DNA of 64,000 bases from Guillardia theta CCMP2712 (Eukaryota; Protista; Cryptophyta), in NCBI RefSeq assembly GCF_000315625.1, contig NW_005434651.1:727313-791312 (forward strand). The letters are read 5' to 3'. Below are positions 25,834 through 41,437 of the stretch, one piece after another (the stretch's first letter is position 1; each line of letters begins with the position of its first letter). A program made the position numbers and the translations under genes. The notes under the pieces were generated by a model, which was not told the DNA's origin, searched no databases, and saw nothing but the letters and a program-made list of their open reading frames with translations.

Positions 25834-25977
25834 CACTAACAAACTTGCCGACTGATGTCATCCTTTATAACCATCAATCCCACTTCAAACTTGTCTTGGC
25901 CACCCTGCAATGAACACAAAGAGACATACACCTATCTACATCCCAGCGCAACTGTACAACCAGCTCCACGTCCCAGC

Positions 25978-26856
25978 TCAGCTCTCCTCCGAGCTGTGCC
26001 GTGACTGCATGTAATCCTGGATCCCTTCAGCGGTGGGGGCCGCTACCCACTGTGGACTACCCTGCTTGTCATCGCTCGAGCAGCTCATATACGGGGAGGA
26101 GTTTGACGTCCTTTCCTCGCTGTTCTGCCCTAAGTCGGTGCTCTCTTTGTTGTTGTCCGACGATCCGTTCCCGCCGGACTTGTCGCTTGCCGGCCTCGGC
26201 GACTCTCTTTCCTCCTCGGTCTTCTTCACCTTCCTCCTCTTCCTCGACTTGGAGGAGTTGAAAACATCCGCCGCCTCTGCTCAACCACCATCAGAAATGC
26301 CCACCGGCATACAACCACAATCACCTTGCGAAGTTGAGGCGAGCTGTGCTGCCTTGACCTTGGATTGGCGCTTGCTCTGAATCCTCCTCTTCCTCGGCTT
26401 CGAATCCTTGGTGCCCGATGGGCGGCCTGGCCCTCGCTGATGGGTCTTGTCGTAGTCTTCCTTTTCCTGCCTCGTCCACATCTGCCGCGTGATCCTCGCC
26501 CACGTCCTCCTGTCCCAGATGTCCCTGACGGACTTAGAACTGATCCCGTACTTGTTTGCTACCTCGCAGCTCTCCGCTGTCTTGTTCTCCGTGTCCACGT
26601 TGCGGTAAGAGTAGATCTCCAGGGCCATCACGGGCGTCAGGATTGCCTTCTTCTTCTTCTTCTTCACTTCTACCCCCGAGCTGCTAGAAGACTCGCGCGT
26701 CGGAGGCTCCCGAGACGACCTGCTGATCTTGAAGCTGTTCAGAGAATCCGCGTCCTCGCTCGAACCCCTTTCCTTCTCCAACTTGTCGGGCTTCCTCGGC
26801 TCTCCCATCATCTTGTTGGCGATCAATGGAATTCCTTTGGGCAAACCACCTGTCAT
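25978..26856 (-). CDS. Putative helix-turn-helix DNA-binding protein with AT-hook-like motif (2 exons)
   Basis: KKKKKAILTPVMALEIY..VANKYGISSKSVRDIWDRRTWARIT (HTH-like, preceded by a basic NLS-like run); RGPGRPSGTKDSKPRKRR; intron ~26283-26333. Confidence 0.75.
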
Positions 26857-29049
26857 TGGGAGAGCAACGCACGGGGAGCAAACTCTACCTGAGCTTCAAG
26901 CTTGACAAGAGAAGGTGAAGATATGCAGCAAACGATCAGAAGCAAGAGCTTACGAGTAAGACAGCAAGATATGGAGACCTGGCGTCTCCATACAAGACGA
27001 TTCGGGGCCCTTATCCGAACACGATCAAACTGTCAAGACCAATGTCGGATCTTAGAGCTTTCGAAGTAGTTGCAATTGCTCTACCACAAGCAAGCCCAGA
27101 GCAGTGGAGCAGAATCAAGCTAGAAAAACTACTAGAAATCAAAGAAGAGCGGTCTGAAATGAGCAGTGAGTATGGTTCAGTGGAAGGACACAACCCTGAC
27201 CTCTTCTGCGATTCTTCGAGGAGTGGAGGGATTATTTGGATGTACGGTATCGACGGATCACGAGAAAGTCTTATGATGCTTGTCAAGAGACGAGGGAAAC
27301 GGGACTGATGTTGAAACGTATACCGTGTCTTCGTCGACCAGGACTGTTTCTCTCGGAAGGGGGGAGGACGAGGCCCTCTGTGTTGTGTCGGAAGGAGGTC
27401 GGGAGATAGATCAGAAATGAGAGGAAGGGAGAGAGGGGGTGAATTGTGGGAACGTACTTGGGAAGGGGGAAGGAAGGTAACAGGGAATGGGAGACGGATG
27501 GACTACGGGTGACAATGACCACTGAAGGGGGGGTGGTGTTGGGTACGAAGGAGAACTCATATTTGAAGGTGGGGGTAGTAGGGGAAGAGATATTGAAGAT
27601 AGGACAGGGTGGGGGTATATGAATAGTCACTACGGGTACTACCAACCGAGAATGATGCTCAGGAAATAGGGTAGATGAACTGAGGGGTACTTGCAAGGCC
27701 AGGAAGAGAGGCAGTATACGTTATTCAATTAGTTCTTTTCATAGTAAATAGCTATACATGGGTAGCTTTTATTGAGAACACTTAAATGTTCAGTACCCCC
27801 AGTTGATTTATCAATTTGGTTCCCTGATAAGCATCAATATGGGGGTAGGGGTATGTTTTAAAGGGGTACATTGGTCATATTATGCTCTGCATGGAGGGGA
27901 CGAATTTTCAAGGGGAGGGTAGTCGATGGGGGTGAGAGCGAATATTAATACAATGGGAATATTTGTTTGGATTATCAGTGAATTATTGAAATTTGTTCAG
28001 TAATATTTAGACAAAATTGGGAATGAAATTTTGAAACTGGTCCCCTGGTTAAAACTCTTCCCCTTCAAGCATTTCTTCTTCCCATCCCCGGTGAATGTGG
28101 TAAAACCATTCCCACAGACCCCTCCTTTTGACCACCTAGTACCCCACCCAGGGGTTGCACGCGCTAAAACCTCCTTTCGATAAGACGTCATTTCAAATCC
28201 ATTTCATGTCATGTAGGGGTCCAAATTCATGTAGAAAGGAGGGGTGGGTTCGATGAGGCTGGGATTAGACGCACCCACCCCCCCATAAATCACCCCATCA
28301 TCATCCCACCACCACCCCACCACTAGCCTCCTACCACCCCACCCTAATTCCAGCACCCCTATTTCCCATAGGCATTACCAGCGGCCTGTGGTGGGGCCGC
28401 CTAAAAACAATCCTCACCATCCGTCGCGATTCAAGGTCCGACCGTTAGCGGGGACTGATTCTAGTCATTCTAGTCAGAGTCAGGACTCCGGGCCCGGGGG
28501 CCGGCGTTGGCCGTGACGGTCACCGGTGGCGGCATCCCCGGATCCGACGATGACTGGGCCCTCAGATCTAGCAGGCCGCCGGGCCCCCGGAACTTCGGAA
28601 GGAGTCCAGCATTCACTGTTGTCGCTGCCGAAGACCGGGTTCTCGGATTCTGTCGCAGCCCGGGGCGCTCAGGCTGGGCTAGCGCCCGGCGCGTGAGTTC
28701 GTGGGATTTATTCAATGTCATCATAACAGCAAACATGATGAGTCAGTGCGTAGCTGTTTTCTTCTTTAGCTGTGCCAAAGCACTTGGCTCGTAGCCGCGG
28801 CGTCCAAGTATTTTCTCTTCACTCTGGAACTGAGAATGTCAGCCCATGGCCAGCCGCCGCCCGGGGTCGACTCGGCAAAGTTTCACCTTGATAGCCCGTG
28901 AGCTTCTTGAAGATGAAATCTGAGCCGACACCAAGTCAGTCCAACCACGGGACGGCGGCACAGGCTACGGCATGGTGACCCGAGCACCTGGGGACTGCAA
29001 GTTCTTGAAGCCTTGACTCAACCCGACCCATGCCTCATCTACCAAAGTT

Positions 29050-30629
29050 TCACCACACGGCAGGAAGTGACCGGCGACGATTGTGGCCTACCGATGTTTT
29101 CTCCGACCTCTGTCTGTCGTGATGACCTTCGCGTGTCCTCTACTAGCGACTTCGACGAGGATCTCCGGCGCACGTACACCTGAAAAGCGAGTCATGCACG
29201 ACCAATCGCCCCCCCGACGGCGGCCGCTGCTCACGTCGTCATCTTTGAACTTCTTCTCCGAGCGCTGCAAGCTGTCGGGGAGGGGAGTTATAACCAGAGT
29301 CAAAGTCCAAGCATCGATTCACCTTTTCCTGAACATCTCCCGGGACACGATCTGGTGCTGGTACTTCATCCCGAAGGCCGGAGATATCGGGCCTCGAACT
29401 GAGGGCGAGAGTTTCAAAGTAGCATCCGCCATGTCCTCTTTCTCCTTGCCCAGCCATCCTGCACGGAGTCGATAAGAACTTGGGCGACAAGGGATATCGA
29501 GAAAATGAGACCTTGCACACTGCTGCTGCTAAGAAGACTCGGGGAATGGCTGAAGATGTTCTCGAGGCTGTAGTGCTCAACACAGGTCTGGAAGGCGAAG
29601 AAAGCTGTCAGAGGAATCCATCTAGCCCTCCTGTTCATCCCAAACAGACCTGCAAAGTCGCGTCCCTCTCCCCGGATTTCGAGTTCCTACGAAAGTTGAG
29701 GGGTCGAGCAGAGCCGAAGGGCGTCAAGGTCCCACCTCTGGTCCAGCTCCTCGTCAAAAGGAGTCTTTCCCAGACAGACGTGTAGAATCTCGTTGTCAAG
29801 ATCCACCTGGGATCGCAGAAATCAGGACTTCGCATCCCCCTCGACCAACAATCCTCCATCAACCTTGTGGAGGTTCACCGGAGCTTCCGGTGGAAGGCAC
29901 CAGACTGGTATCTACAAGAGGAGCGTCAGCTTGCTGAACTTTCTGCGCAACTCCATCTCTGTCCTCGCCATTCACAGACATCCGTCCATCTCGCGCTATC
30001 AACTGACCCATCACCCTGTTTCCACCTGACTCTCTCCAGCGATCTCGATCAAAGTCTCGTCATCGACCTGTCGTCGTGCTCAACAACATCCCAGCTCAAC
30101 ATCCCGGCAAGACACCTTCATCTCCGTGTTGCACGACAAACAGACATCTGCAACGGCCTGTGCAACGGCTGACGATCGACAACCATGATGACCCTCCAGC
30201 CCTCACCTGAACATTCCCGCAGAATGGGCACATTTGTAGGTCCCTGTTGCTCTCCAAGGATGGAGACCCTTCGTTCTCCTGCACGTCATCTTCCTTCTTC
30301 CGTGTGCCGCCTTCAGAAAGCGACAAAGATCTGAAGCCGGCAAAGGTGGAGCGGCGGTTCGTGCCTGATGAGACTTGGCTGGCCTGGGTAGAGAAGGTCT
30401 TGGTCAGGGGTCCATCCTCCTCCTTCACATTGTGCGGATCGTTCTCGATGTCGACGAAGGAGGTCGATCCAATGCCTTGAAAACCCAGAGACGCTGTTGC
30501 CTCAACTAGAGTATCAGGCTTCTTTGGGAAGAAGCAGCGGGGGAGGCAAGACCAGAGCCAGAACCGAGGCTTTGCCTCCGCACCGACGGTGCTGGAGGAC
30601 GACGTCACGGAGCTTGGCTTCATCTTCAT
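29050..30629 (-). CDS. Hypothetical multi-exon protein with CxxC-CxxC zinc-ribbon-like motif
   Basis: First exon ends MCPFCGNVQ| and splices to AVADVCLSCNTEMK. Several short GT-AG exons follow. Downstream frames and stop are uncertain. Confidence 0.45.
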
Positions 30630-31823
30630 TCAGTCCAGGAACTCCACGAGAGGCTTACAAACTCTAGCTGCGGCCATCCTCGCCTTGCCCACAGCTGACA
30701 GGAGAATGTTGATCCCCACGAGTTTGTGGTGCAAGGGCTCCGCTAGGAAACAGCGACACCCCAGCGGAACCCCGCACTCATCTCCAGCTATCCAAGACAA
30801 GAAGGGCTCATGTATACAACAATGATAATGTTGGCAATGAAGTGTCTTCGGAGTAAAAACCAGCTGTCATCATGGTCCCCCAGGCACCCGAGTCAACGGT
30901 ATGGGTGCCCAGGGTTTGTGCGGAGTAGGAAGGATGGCGCGGGGAGGAAACGCAACACCCTGCGAAAAGATAATCATTTCCTTCCAGCTCAGAAAAAAAT
31001 GAGCAATACAGCAAAATTTGACATGGCATATGATATCTGCCCTTCCTTGCCAGTTCCCATCCCGGCTCCTTCTCTTCAAATTGTACTCACTTCGAGTAAC
31101 TCCTCTTTTCCTCCTCCTTCTCCTCCTCCCCTTCTACCCCCCCTTCTGCCTCTCTATACACCTCTCCTTCCCGATGTTCTCTCACTGATTCGCTGCCTCC
31201 CTTCTCCTCCTCCTCTTCCTCCTCCCCGCCTACGGCTTTCCGGCCGGCATCTCCGACCAATCAAAAGTTTCACTCAACTGCCCAGATCTTGACCCCTCCT
31301 CTGACCAGTTGATACCCCCTTCTTCCCCCCTTCCGAGTGCCAGGGGTGGTGCCGGCATTAGGTGGACTTGACGGTCGGACTCAGTGAAACTGCCATGGTA
31401 CGGTCGGGCGGGCCCTGAGTCACGAGTCTGGCCCGGCCTGCAGCCCGGCCGGCAGTGCGCGAGTCCGACCGGCGACCGGCGTCTATACGACATACGACCT
31501 CGAACCGTGGCTGCAGATGATGACGGAGCCTCCGTGATCGGGTGCGGACCGTCGCGCCGTCCGGCGAACGGTACCGTCCGATCCGGCCGGGCCCCGTGAC
31601 GGATCGGACGCCCGGCCGGCCCGTCCGGGACCCAGCCCGGAGTCGTGGCCCGTGACATCGGCCCCTCGGACTGGCAGTAACTGAGTTGCACCGACCGTGC
31701 GCCCGGGCCGGGCCAGCCGCCGCAAGGCCGGCCGGGCGGCGGCGCCCGGCAGCTTCCGGCGAGCACTTGACGCTGGAATTCAGCCTGGAATTGGTTGATC
31801 CACACTAACAGCTCCACGCCACA

Positions 31824-32916
31824 ATGGCTGGAGGGCGTGACGGGGGCAACAGGCGAGGAGGAAGGAGACGAGATCGAGCAAGGTATGTCTCTTGGCAGAC
31901 CATCTCATGCTCTCCCTCCCATGGTGCGGGTGACGACAGCTCCAGGCTGACCATGGTCGCCTCCTCCGCCCTTCTAGTAGTGCTTGACTGGATGGTCTCG
32001 GAGTGTCAGGGGGAGGCGTCGGAGATGAAGACCTTCACGGAGGACTGGGAGAGCGAGTACAACCACAAGATGCTCATGGCGAGTGTTGAATGCGTCGCTT
32101 GTAACGCGCTGCAGGTGAGGAGGAGGGGGCAGGGGCTGCAACAAGGCTACTGACCCTTGCCATGCAGCGCTACGGTCATGCTGGAAAAGAGGACACGTGC
32201 ATGTCGCACTGCTTCCTTGTCGTTCCTCCGGATGCAGAAGATCAGCACTGCGAAGAGTTCTGTGAGAAGTTGAGGGCGGCAAACCTCCTGACTTCGCAGG
32301 TTGCCCTGTGCTGTTGCTTTTTGCCAGTGAACTGGTTGTCAGCCATGCATGGCGCTCGGACATTGTCCCGCACCCCTGGTGAGGACTGAGCATCTCAAGG
32401 AGGAGATGGCGAGTGAGTACCGTCCTGTGGTCATCATCGGGCATCACAGGGAGGAGACGGAGCGGTTCGAGCGACAGATCGCCGACTGGACTCGTTTGAG
32501 TTTGCCAGGAGTTTACGTTCGTTTGCTCTACCTTGTGAACGAACATGGGACGGAGAACAGATCTCTCGAGTATGCATACCGTATGATGCTCCCTCTACAC
32601 AAGCAGGTGAATGGAGGTGGCGCCGAGCCGGAGCAGGATGGTGGTCGAGGGCCGCTGACGGAGCAAGGCAGATTGAGCGAGTTTGTGAGGTCATAGAGGA
32701 CGACGGTCGTCTGCAGGGAGGGTTTGACCTGATTGCTATCGGAATGGTGCGAAACTGTCTCGTCCTTGTCGAAACTTTCAGCTCACGATGAAGTTTCAAT
32801 GCTCCTTCGCTCCCTAGGGTGGGATCCTGGCACGAGGATACGTGCAGGTCAGATTGTGTAGCCACTCTCGTTCTCCTTCCCTTCCTCTGATTCTCTCTGT
32901 CTTTTCATGTTTCAGA

Positions 32917-32948
<32 letters not shown>

Positions 32949-32956
32949 AATCATCC

Positions 32957-33049
<93 letters not shown>

Positions 33050-34822
33050 CGTCGTCATAGTCATAGTCATAGTCATAGTCATCATCATCATCACCACCAC
33101 CACCACAACAACAATAACAACATAATCTTCTCCCACAGCTCCCTGCACCTCTCTGAAATCCCAACCTCTCAGGCGTGCAACGCTCCTCCTGTCAAGACTC
33201 TCATCACCTACAACACGCCGCATGCTGGATGCAAGAAGCAGGCCAAGGAGGACGGCAACAAGATCTTCGCGGCTCATCCTGACCTTGAGGGCAAACGTGA
33301 CCCGTACTCTCCTTTCGTTCAGTCCTGCGTCGCTTCAGCTGGCGTTCACCTCGATCATACAAGGTTCGGGAGAATGTTTTGCTCTGCTCTGCTCTGCTCT
33401 GCTCTGCTCTGCTCTGCTCTGCTCTGCTCTGCTTCGCTCCTCCTTTCTAACTCCTCGCCTACTCCTCTTCACTCATCTTTCTCTGACCTCTCCTCTTCTT
33501 CCCTCTCCCCTCCCCTCTCTTCCTCCACCCCTTCTCATCTAATTTTCACCTTCAGGCCTCACTTGTACTACTCGAACGCGAGTCTCCTGCCGGATCTAAA
33601 CCTTCAGCGACCTCAACACAAGTTTCGCCCGCTCGACGCACTCGACAGGATGGTACATCTTCATCCTCGCACTACTCCCCTCTTTCCTCTCTCTCCTCTC
33701 TTGACCCCAATCCCAACCTACACCACTTCTCTCTTGTCTCCTCTCCCTTCCTCTTTCCTCTCGCTCTTCTTCTCTCCCCTCTTTCATGTCCCTCCTCCCT
33801 TCCTCCCTCCCTTCCTCTCTCCCTTCCTCCCTCCTTTCCCTCCTTACCTGTTCCAAATCTGTTCTCTCTCCCTCTCTCTTTCCTCTCTTCTCTCCTGGCC
33901 CTCTTACTCTTCTCTCCTCTCTCATCCTCCCTCCCTCTCTTCCCTTCCTACCTGTGTTCCTCCTTCCACAAACGTTCTCCTTATGTCTTCCTTTTCATTT
34001 CTCCTCCTCATCATCTCAGATCCTTGTCTACGGCGAAGCCGACGAGGCGACGGATCCGCGAGAGAGCGCATGGTTCGAGGACGAGGTGATATCGCAGCAG
34101 CAGGACAGAAAGGAGGCTGACTTGCGGGCACCAGCAGGCAGAGCTTAAGGAGGAGGCAGCAAGGAGTGAGGAGGGAGGGGACGGGACAAAACTTCCTCCT
34201 CCTCGTCGCTACCATCGATACGCTTCCCTCCACCTCGATTCATTGTTCTCACAAGAAAGGATGAGCCTCTTCCGAACACAAGCTTGCCGGTGAGAAGAGG
34301 AGAATTTTGGCGCAGGAGCAGGAGCGGGAGCGGGAGCAGGAGCAGGAACAGGAGGGGGAGGGGGAGCAGGAGCGGGTGGAGGAGGAAGGAAGGGAGGGGA
34401 TGGATCTCTTAAGGATGGTGCAGGTGGAAAGGAGAAGTTACTGAGGAGGAGACGGCTAATTGTCGACGAGAGATAACGGAGTTTATGATTGCTTTCTTGG
34501 ACCTCAAGACTCGTTGACGAGAAGGAGGAGAAGGAGGAGAAGGAAGTTTTGTTGACCTGGTTACGTTGAGTCTGATAATGTCCAGCACTGCTCGTATGCA
34601 GAGAACAGGTCAGACCAAGGTGTCGGTGCATGTTGTTGAATGTCAATCATGGTTGTTTCATCATTACGATGTTCATGTCTTTTATCATAAATGTTATGGC
34701 AAAGAGTGCTCTGCAAACATTTCCTGTTCATCTCCACCATCTCAATCTTCGGTCTCGGTGCTGACCGACACCTCCTGCTCGAAACATTCAGCACAGTCTT
34801 GGGATCAAGTGCGTTCACCTGA
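31824..34822 (+). CDS. Palmitoyl-protein thioesterase (PPT)-like alpha/beta hydrolase homologue, probably catalytically inactive
   Basis: Spliced LQGGFDLIAIGM|GGILARGYVQ|ACNAPPVKTLITYNTPHAG, LLPDLNLQ and ILVYGEADEATDPRESAWF follow the PPT1 block order. Hydrophobic N-terminal segment. The 3' end is approximate. Confidence 0.75.
32957..33048. repeat. (CAA)n microsatellite, intronic
   Basis: About 30 tandem CAA units. Confidence 0.95.
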
Positions 34823-34899
34823 AAGACCAGTCTCTCTCTCCTCCCTCCTGATGGCGGGGATGGCCCGTCTGAGAGACTTGTAAGTTTGTGGAATCAACT

Positions 34900-36972
34900 T
34901 CGCTTTCATCATCATCACCACCGCTACAACTACCTTCATCATCATGATGTACAGCACCAACTACTTCTAGTACAGCATCTTTCACTGCAGAAGGAGGCGG
35001 CGGCGGCAGAGGAGGAGGAGGAGGAGGAGGAGGGGGAGGAGGAGGAGGAGAGGGAGGGAGAGGAGGAGGAGAGGGAGGGAGGGAGGGAGGGAGGGAGGGA
35101 AGGAGGGAAGGGAGGGAGGAGGAGGGAGGGAGGGAGGAGGGAGGAGGCGGAGGCGTGGGACNNNNNNNNNNNNNNNNNNNNNNNNNNNNNNNNNNNNNNN
35201 NNNNNNNNNNNNNNNNNNNNNNNNNNNNNNNNNNNNNNNNNNNNNNNNNNNNNNNNNNNNNNNNNNNNNNNNNNNNNNNNNNNNNNNNNNNNNNNNNNNN
35301 NNNNNNNNNNNNNNNNNNNNNNNNNNNNNNNNNNNNNNNNNNNNNNNNNNNNNNNNNNNNNNNNNNNNNNNNNNNNNNNNNNNNNNNNNNNNNNNNNNNN
35401 NNNNNNNNNNNNNNNNTTGATTTGTGACCTGCATTCTGCAATGTGTAGTGCAAGTCAGCATCACGAGCAATGAGCGGCTGAATTCCGAGGCTGAGGAAAA
35501 CTCCCCCTGGTAGACCAAAGTGAGAAAGAGGAGAGGAGAGGAGAGGAGAGGGGAAGAGAGGGGAAACGAGGAGAGGAGAGGAGAGGAAGGGGCAGGGGCA
35601 GATGATAGCTGGAGGAGGGGGGGGGGGGAGGGGGAGGAGAGATGGAGTTCAAATCGGACGCTATTGGTGGGCAGCATTGGTCGAGGAGGAGAAGCAAAGG
35701 ATGCGAGGGGTAGAGGAGGATGTACCAGAGCGGGGACAGGAAGACAGGAGTATACTGATAAAAGAGCTCCCTCTGTTTCTAAGGAGAAATCAGAAAAAAG
35801 ATCTCCAAACAAACACACCGCTGCCGCCGCCACCTGGCAACAGACCGAAGCAACAGCAGCAGCATCAGCAGAAAATTCACAACCACAACGATAACGACAA
35901 CAAAAAACAACAAACGAAACAACAAACATCACCACTATCACTATCATCATCACCACCATCACTATCTCCATCTCCATCTCCATCTCCCAATACCATCAAT
36001 AACATGACCCTGGCCTCACCGGCTTCTTTTGAAACTCCTTGTAAGATGCCAGCGACGCTAGTCCGAAGATCTTCAGAGATCAATTCAGGAGATGTCTTCT
36101 CCCCTCCTCTCCTCTCCTCTCCTCTCCTCTCCTCTCTCTTCTCCTCTCCTCCCCTCTCTCCTCTCCCCTCTCCCCTCTCCACTCTCAGCAGACACCACAT
36201 CCTCCTCCCTCCTCTCCTCCCTCCTCTCCTCTCTCACCAGGCCGGACATGGAGGTACAGGCAAGGGTCGCATAATACTGGTCCTCCCCGATCCCCGGCAC
36301 TAGCGCGCACCCTCCCTTGCGAAGGCATTTCTCAATGATAGAGACGCTCTCCTCGATCGCGCTGTTCTCTCCGCTCTCTCCGATGGAGTACACGTTCCCC
36401 ATCCTCCCGCTCAGCTCGTTGAAGAACCGGGCAGGAAGCAGCTTCGACACCTCTGCCCCCGCGTTGAAGCTCAGCACGTTACCCTTGCCAGCCTGGAGGA
36501 TGACGATGAGGCTCCTCTCGTCAGGCAGGTTCCAGGCCTTCTTGACCTGCTCCCTCGTCAGCTTCTCGTCCAGGCGCCTCTCGTCGATTGTCAGAACACG
36601 GACGCGATAGTTGGTCTCCTCCTCGAACTTGTTGAGATTTTCCTCGAGCCTCCCGCGCTCGTTGGAACCAAGAGACCTTGCTTCATCGATGATGGGAGAG
36701 GCCGCCAGGCATGACAGAGGAAGCAGCAGCCAAGATATTCCTGCCATGCATGCTCTCTTCTTCCAGTCCTCAGCCATCGCGACCGAGCCCCTCAGTCCTT
36801 CGCGCTTTCGCGAGCAGCGGGAATCAGGGCCGAAGTTTCGCGACGATGGGCGAGACATGGAATGAGGGGAGCATGCGTAGAGAGGAGAGGATGAGATTGG
36901 GGAGGAGAGGAGGGAGGAGGGGGGGAGGAGGGAGGAGGGGGAGAGGACAGAGGAGGAGGGCGCGAAGAGCAT
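34900..36972 (-). CDS. TPM-domain thylakoid protein (TLP15/TLP18.3-like, cyanobacterial type) with C-terminal TM helices
   Basis: IIDEARSL..LEENLNKFEEETNYRVRVLT..GNVLSFNAG..LPARFFNELSGRMGN..CLRKGGCALVPGIGEDQYYATL, and a downstream exon FLSPLWYILL. Ser-rich transit-like region and AxA-type lumenal signal (LLPLSCLA). Both ends approximate; spans an N-gap. Confidence 0.8.
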
Positions 36973-37485
36973 GGCTCCGTTGGCGGTGATGCCCGATAGG
37001 CTCCCGTCAGCGTCAGCCGCACTTTTATAGTCAATACACGTTAGTGCTGACACCCACCCACTGGTTCACCATTATGACTACCCTGTACCCCTCCATTATT
37101 CCATGAGGTGGTCTTTACACCCCCTATTTTGATACATAAAATAGTGGTACTCGAAAGATTTGAATACCACCTTTCGGGGGTAGGTACCCTACCCTTGTGC
37201 TGCTCTCGCCCCCCTCTAAGATTGTACTTTAGCCCCTATAGTCAAAATGTCAACAGAGGATGGTCGACGGGGGTGGTGTAAGTCGAGGGTAGGGGTTCAT
37301 CTAGGGGGTGGGTTAGTGCTGACAGGTAGGGGTAATTTGTACGTACTTACAGGGGTGCTAGCTGACAATCATACATCCCAGATTCGAAATAGGGGGTGGG
37401 GGTCATACGAACACCAAGGTCATCGTGGAAGGGATTTTTACAGGCAACACCGTGTCTACCCATCTAGCGGGTCGGGCAGGGCGAC

Positions 37486-40160
<2,675 letters not shown>

Positions 40161-40308
40161 CCTGCTGCTGCTGCTGCTCTTCCTCTTCCTCTTCCTCCTC
40201 CCCCTTTTNNNNNNNNNNNNNNNNNNNNNNNNNNNNNNNNNNNNNNNNNNNNNNNNNNNNNNNNNNNNNNNNNNNNNNNNNNNNNNNNNNNNNNNNNNNN
40301 NNNNNNNN

Positions 40309-40515
40309 CTACGTCTCCTCCTCCTCCTCCTCCTCCTCCTCCTCCTCCTCCTCCTCCTCCTCCTCCTCCTCCTCCTCCTCCTCCTCCTCCTCCTCCTCCT
40401 CCTCCTCCTCCTCCTCCTCCTCCTCCTCCTCCTCCTCCTCCTCCTCCTCCTCCTCCTCCTCCTCCTCCTGTACCTCCACGCCCGCTGCCTGTAGTCTCTC
40501 CTCCACAGTCGCCAT
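40309..40515 (-). CDS. Possible 5' end of a gene running into the gap (MATVEERLQAAGVEVQ, then a (GAG)n tract that may be intronic)
   Basis: ATG immediately downstream of a TACCCC-rich intergenic block. A GT donor is possible after GVE. Confidence 0.35.
   Translation of the reverse strand: MATVEERLQAAGVEVQEEEEEEEEEEEEEEEEEEEEEEEEEEEEEEEEEEEEEEEEEEEEEEEEEEET
40316..40468. repeat. (CCT)n microsatellite next to a gap
   Basis: About 50 tandem CCT units. Confidence 0.95.
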
Positions 40516-41437
40516 TCCCCGCAGATTTGTGGATCAACCACCCCTACCCCCTTTTGAACACTGAATTAGACCCCCTTGATATGGACAGAGGACCAACTTC
40601 TTGAGTACCCCTCTATTTATCATCAAATATACCCCCTATTTCCCATATCAGTGGTACCCATGTACACAGGCTACCCACCCCTGTGACCGGGGAACTCTGA
40701 AAATTCATAGAGGTGGTGGGCAATATTATATATAATTATGAATAATCTCAATAATTATATATAATCATGGGGTTCAAATGCTATTATTGTCTACTAGTGA
40801 GCCCAGGCAACATCAGGCCCCCTTGTCTACCACCCCTCATTTCTTTGAAGCCTCAGAAGTACCGGGTACTTCAGGTCATTTACTTGGATATTGGGGGGTC
40901 CTCATTGAGGGATGCAAGGGGTCGAAGTCGGGAAAGGGGTAGGGGGTCCCATCGCTCGTCGGAGTGCAAAGTAAACAGTTTCTGCACTGCCCGAACCGGC
41001 TTTACTCCATGCTGTGGCATCGAAGGGGGAGACGGAGGGAGGGAGGGAGAAGAGAGGAGGAGGCAGAGAGGAGGAGGCAGAGGAATGTGAGTCAGAAAGT
41101 GAGGCAGATAGTGAGACAGATAGTGAGAGAGTTGGAGCCAAACAGAGGAGGCAGAGGAGGCAGGGGAGGCAGAGGAGGCAGAGGAGGCAGAGGAGGCAGA
41201 GGCAGGGGATGGTATCCAGTGGAACGGAGTTCACAGTGTAGATTGTCAAAGATGGTCGAGGGAAACGAGTAGCAATAGGACTCAATGACCGAGCGAGGAC
41301 CAGTAGCATGAAACATTTGAAAGTTTGCTAATTGAGATCAACTTCACCGTGACGTGTCCTTGGATCTGTGCGCTCATGACATAACAGTAACAACCCAGGG
41401 ACGGGCAGTCCGCAGGCAAGGGACCTGTGCTCCAAGA

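Noticed and set aside
26281-26856. Transposase (pogo/Tc1) call
   Set aside because: Only an HTH-like segment is present, with no DDE domain, terminal inverted repeats or target-site duplication.
27011-27308. Short ORFs upstream of the HTH gene
   Set aside because: No domain signal. A small exon or gene cannot be excluded but is unsupported.
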